Below are positions 14,644-19,510 of a DNA stretch of 19,510 bases, in pieces. The stretch lies in contig CAWBZV010000018.1 of assembly GCA_963793305.1 (NCBI GenBank), forward strand, positions 1 through 19,510, given 5' to 3'. The stretch is from an uncultured Gemmatimonadales bacterium (GTDB lineage: Bacteria > Gemmatimonadota > Gemmatimonadetes > Gemmatimonadales > Gemmatimonadaceae). Position 1 is the first letter of the stretch. The number at the start of each line of letters is the position of its first letter. A program made the translations under genes and the position numbers. The notes under the pieces are model-generated. The model saw only the letters and a program-made list of their open reading frames with translations, ran no database searches and was not told the origin of the DNA.

Positions 14644-15366
14644 ATGAACAAGAATCTTCTATTCGCGCTCGCCGCCGCTGTCAGCGCGGCGAAGCCTGCC
14701 ATCGCGCAAGACACCAAGCAGCCCTACCCCGCAATGGCTCCGATCGAACAATATCTCATGGATCGCGACGCCGAGATCGCCCTCGCCAAGAGCGCCGCTC
14801 CAGACGCCATCTCGCGCGACGCTTCCGTGATCGTCTTGACCCGCCACGGCTACGAGACCGCAGTCCAAGGCAAGAACGGTTGGGTTTGCGAGGTCGCACG
14901 CAGCTGGATGGCCATGTTCGATCATCCCGAATTTTGGAACCCGAAAGTCCGCGCCGCGGCCTGCCTCAACCCTCCAGCGGCCCGCTCCGTTCTGACCGAC
15001 ACCTACAAACGCACCGAATTACTCCTGGCTGGCCGGTCCAAGCAAGAAGTCATCGCCGCGACCAAAGCAGCGATAGACAAAAAAGAATATCCACCCCTCG
15101 AGCAGGGAACGGTCTGCTACATGATGTCCAAATCCTCATACCTCACCGATAACGGCGGCCACAACGTTCCCCACCTCATGTTCTACCAAACCGACAAGCC
15201 CGACGCGGCCTGGGGCGCCAACGTGGCGAATGCTCCGGTTGGATCGGCGAACTACTGGTACTGGTCCGGGGACGCGTATCCACAGCTCAAGAGCTTTCCT
15301 CCCCTGGCTGTGTTCTTGGTGATGGTGCCCAAATGGTCCGACGGCACCCCCGCCCCGCCCATGTGA
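14644..15366 (+). CDS. Uncharacterised exported protein, paralog 4 (most divergent)
   Basis: ATG 1 nt after the YCII stop (TAA-C-ATG); signal peptide MNKNLLFALAAAVSAAKPAIA; YPAMAPIEQY, GKNGWVC, EFWNPK, ACLNPPAARS, YMMSK..YLTD.GGHN..HLMF, WSDG. Confidence 0.92.
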   Translation: MNKNLLFALAAAVSAAKPAIAQDTKQPYPAMAPIEQYLMDRDAEIALAKSAAPDAISRDASVIVLTRHGYETAVQGKNGWVCEVARSWMAMFDHPEFWNPKVRAAACLNPPAARSVLTDTYKRTELLLAGRSKQEVIAATKAAIDKKEYPPLEQGTVCYMMSKSSYLTDNGGHNVPHLMFYQTDKPDAAWGANVANAPVGSANYWYWSGDAYPQLKSFPPLAVFLVMVPKWSDGTPAPPM

Positions 15367-15434
15367 TTTCTCATCGTCCAATGTTTGGTGATCCATAGAC
15401 GGCACCGCTACGTAAGTGACGTGGGACGATCGAG

Positions 15435-15461
15435 TTGCCTCTCCTGGGCTCGAACCAGGAC
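15435..15461 (-). other. Isolated tRNA 3' half (T-arm plus acceptor 3' strand), probable att-site remnant; possibly tRNA-Gln
   Basis: Minus strand GT-CCTGG-TTCGAGC-CCAGG-AGAGGCA-A: perfect 5-bp T stem with TTCGA loop, then a 7-nt acceptor strand and discriminator. No complementary TGCCTCT 5' strand, D arm or anticodon arm upstream. Confidence 0.75.
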
Positions 15462-15509
15462 AGAAAACCCCATCGCACAGAATGCGCGTTGTGGCCTACA
15501 TTGGCAGCG

Positions 15510-17728
15510 ATGCCGAAGAGGAAAGGTCTCCACGGTGCCGTAGCAACGCTGGTCACCGGTCTCACTCTCATAGTGAGCGTGAGCGGTCGATCGAACGCTC
15601 AATCAGCACCGGCAACGGTCTCAGCATCCCGACTCGTCGTCTCGCCGATCGCCCTCCGCCTCAACGTCGGTGGCACCGGATCGGTCCACGCGACGGCGTA
15701 CGATCGAAAAGGCGCCACGCTGACCGCCGACACGTATCAAGCGACGTTCACGCTCGTGGATACGACCGTTGCCTCGGTGGACGCGCATGGGGTCGTGACA
15801 GGCCTCAAGGCCGGCTCGACGCGCCTCACGGTCCAGGTCCAGGACCTCCTCCGCAACGTCATCGTGCGGATCGCCCCGGCGAGCACCAAGCGCCGCACCC
15901 TCGTCCTCGACATCGAACCGAATCCGATCCTGCTCCTCCCGACCGAACGGGCGCACCCCACGGTCACGGCGCAGTACGACGATAGCTCGCGCGAGGTACT
16001 GTCGGCCGCGAGCTGGTCAGTCTTTGGGAAGAGCGCGATGTTCGACTCGGTCTCGGGCAATGTCGTCGGACTCTCAGCCGGGAACGCCGTCCTGGGCGTG
16101 AAATCGTCCGACGGTGTCTCCGCTTCCGTGCCCGTCGAACGTCGCTCCGGCCGCGATCGAGAGCCTCGGCGACTCCGCGCTCATCGAGGAGGGGATCGAT
16201 GATACGGTGCGGATGATCGTGCCCGCGCAAAAGGGGCGTTCGCTCACCGGTGGTCTGAGCTGGCATGCCACCGGCGACATCGTACGGATCGCCGACTCGA
16301 CGATCGGGATCGTCCACGGCACCGCGCCTGGCACCTCCGAGATCGTCGTCGACGGCTTCGGACTCGCGAAGCACATCCCCGTGCGCGTCTACCCGCACGT
16401 CACGCTCCTCCGTTTTCGCCCCGACCCGTCGACGCCGGTGCGCCTCGCCGTGGGCGCCGCCATGACCATACGGGCCGACCCGCTCGCGGCCGACTCGTCG
16501 CCGATCGCGGCGGCGCCTCCGCGCTGGACCATCAGTGATACAACCGTCGCGGCGTTCGATGCGCGCTCGCGCCGGCTGTTGGCGCATCGCCTGGGTCACA
16601 CGACCCTCGAATGCCGCTATCCGAACTTTGCGACCACGACATGGTCGATCGACATCGTCGATGGCACGTTTGGCATCGATGGCAGCACCCCGCGTGTCCT
16701 GACCATGGGTGTCAGGGCGCAGGTGACGGCGTCGTACCGCGATGCCCAGCATGGGGCGCTGGGAGCGCCGGCGACCGTTCACTGGGCATCGACCAACGAC
16801 GCCGTGGTCACGGTCGATTCAGCGGGCGCCCTGATCGCACATCGCGTGGGGCGTGCGGTGATCAGTGGCACCGGGCCAGGCGGCGCGCGCGATTCGGTGT
16901 TGGTGTACGTGACCGGCCGATTGCTCGCCACGCGATGGGTGAGCGCGCGAGCGAGCCAGCTCGTCACGCTGTCGCTTGGAACCGCGAAGCCGGTCACTCT
17001 GGCCGATACGAACCAGATCACCCGCGACGGCGCGTGGTCGCCGGATCGGACGCGGATCGCCTACGTCTCGGACGCGGGCACCCGAGGGGACAAATGGACG
17101 GTGTACGTCGCGGATGCGGACGGCGGACACGCGCACGCGATTACCGCACCGGGCGAGGGATTCGAGCACCCGGCGTGGTCGCCCAATGGCACGACGATCG
17201 CGGTCGCGCAGGGACGCATCGCTCACCGGATGCGCCTCGTCACATTGAGTGCGGATTCAACGACGCAGACGCCGAAGCCGCTGGGTCGCGACCGGCTGTC
17301 GCTCCGCTGGCCGACGTACGATTCCGCTGGTGCCTCCGTCATCGCGCTCGGAGAACGTGGCGACGAGCGCCATATCTATCGCGTGCACGCCAATGACGAA
17401 ACCGCGATCACGACGGGCCAGGGCGCCGAGTCCCATCCGATTGTGCTCAAGGATGGCTCGTTGGTGTATGTGTCGGACTCCGGCGGCACGGGTGCCGCCA
17501 CGCAAGTGCTCCGCGCATCCGGCGGCAATGTGTCGATCCTGCTCGGCGCGCGTGCGCTGCCGGGACTGACCGACCTGGCCGTCTCGTCGGATGGTCAGCT
17601 GCTCGTTCTCGTGGTGTCCAAGACCGAGGCCGTCAAAGGCCACTCTCGGAAGCGCTCGGTACTCTATATAGTCGCGAAGCCCGGCGCCGCGCCCGTCCCG
17701 CTCTTACCCGACGACGAGACGGACGACT

Positions 17729-17748
<20 letters not shown>
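15510..17748 (+). pseudogene. Exported protein with tandem bacterial Ig-like (Big_2-like) domains and C-terminal TolB/PD40-like propeller, split by one extra base near 16137-16140
   Basis: Signal peptide from ATG 15510; Ig motifs DTTVASVDAHGVVTGLKAGSTRLTV and WASTNDAVVTVDSAGALIAHRVGRAVI; propeller motifs GAWSPDRTRIAYVSD and HPAWSPNGTTIAV. ORFs 15435-16202 and 16114-17748 join as VPV(E/N)VAPA if one base is removed. Confidence 0.8.

Positions 17749-19510
<1,762 letters not shown>

Noticed and set aside
15412..15421. CGTCACTTAC on the minus strand, identical to the -10 region of promoter B2
   Set aside because: There is no AACC at the 14-nt spacing and it points antisense into paralog 4, so it was not counted as a fifth promoter.
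15435..15510. Complete tRNA gene
   Set aside because: Only the T-arm and acceptor 3' strand are present; no D arm, anticodon arm or matching 5' strand.

Overview
GC-rich bacterial DNA. A SusC/SusD pair, a Hanks kinase, Ig-like/TolB-like domains and ECF sigma factors together suggest Gemmatimonadota or a similar FCB/Acidobacteria-like lineage (inference). Bases 1-15366 are dominated by a repeated regulatory module. It contains three long ECF42-type sigma factors (C-terminal TPR-like extension), four YCII/DGPF-domain genes, one short ECF sigma with a membrane-anchored YCII-domain partner, and four paralogs of an uncharacterised exported ~225-240 aa protein (YPxMAPxEQY...EFWNPK...YMMSK...GHN..HxMF...WSDG). 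One paralog, missed by the ORF track, is fused in frame to a degenerate YCII domain. Two distinct promoter motifs recur. An ECF42-like TGTC(C/G)-N16/17-CG(A/T)C motif (3 copies) precedes YCII and secreted-protein genes. A TC(C/G)AACCTTTT-N10-xxxCAC motif (4 copies) precedes three sigma-containing units and one secreted paralog. Together they suggest a two-tier ECF cascade. Also present: a SusC/SusD pair, an ABC-permease remnant, and an ArsR-SRPBCC/alpha-beta hydrolase divergon with a palindromic operator. A displaced tRNA 3' half at 15435-15461 (probable att site) is followed by a frameshifted Ig-like/TolB-like gene and a Ser/Thr kinase with a TonB/TolA-like C-terminus.
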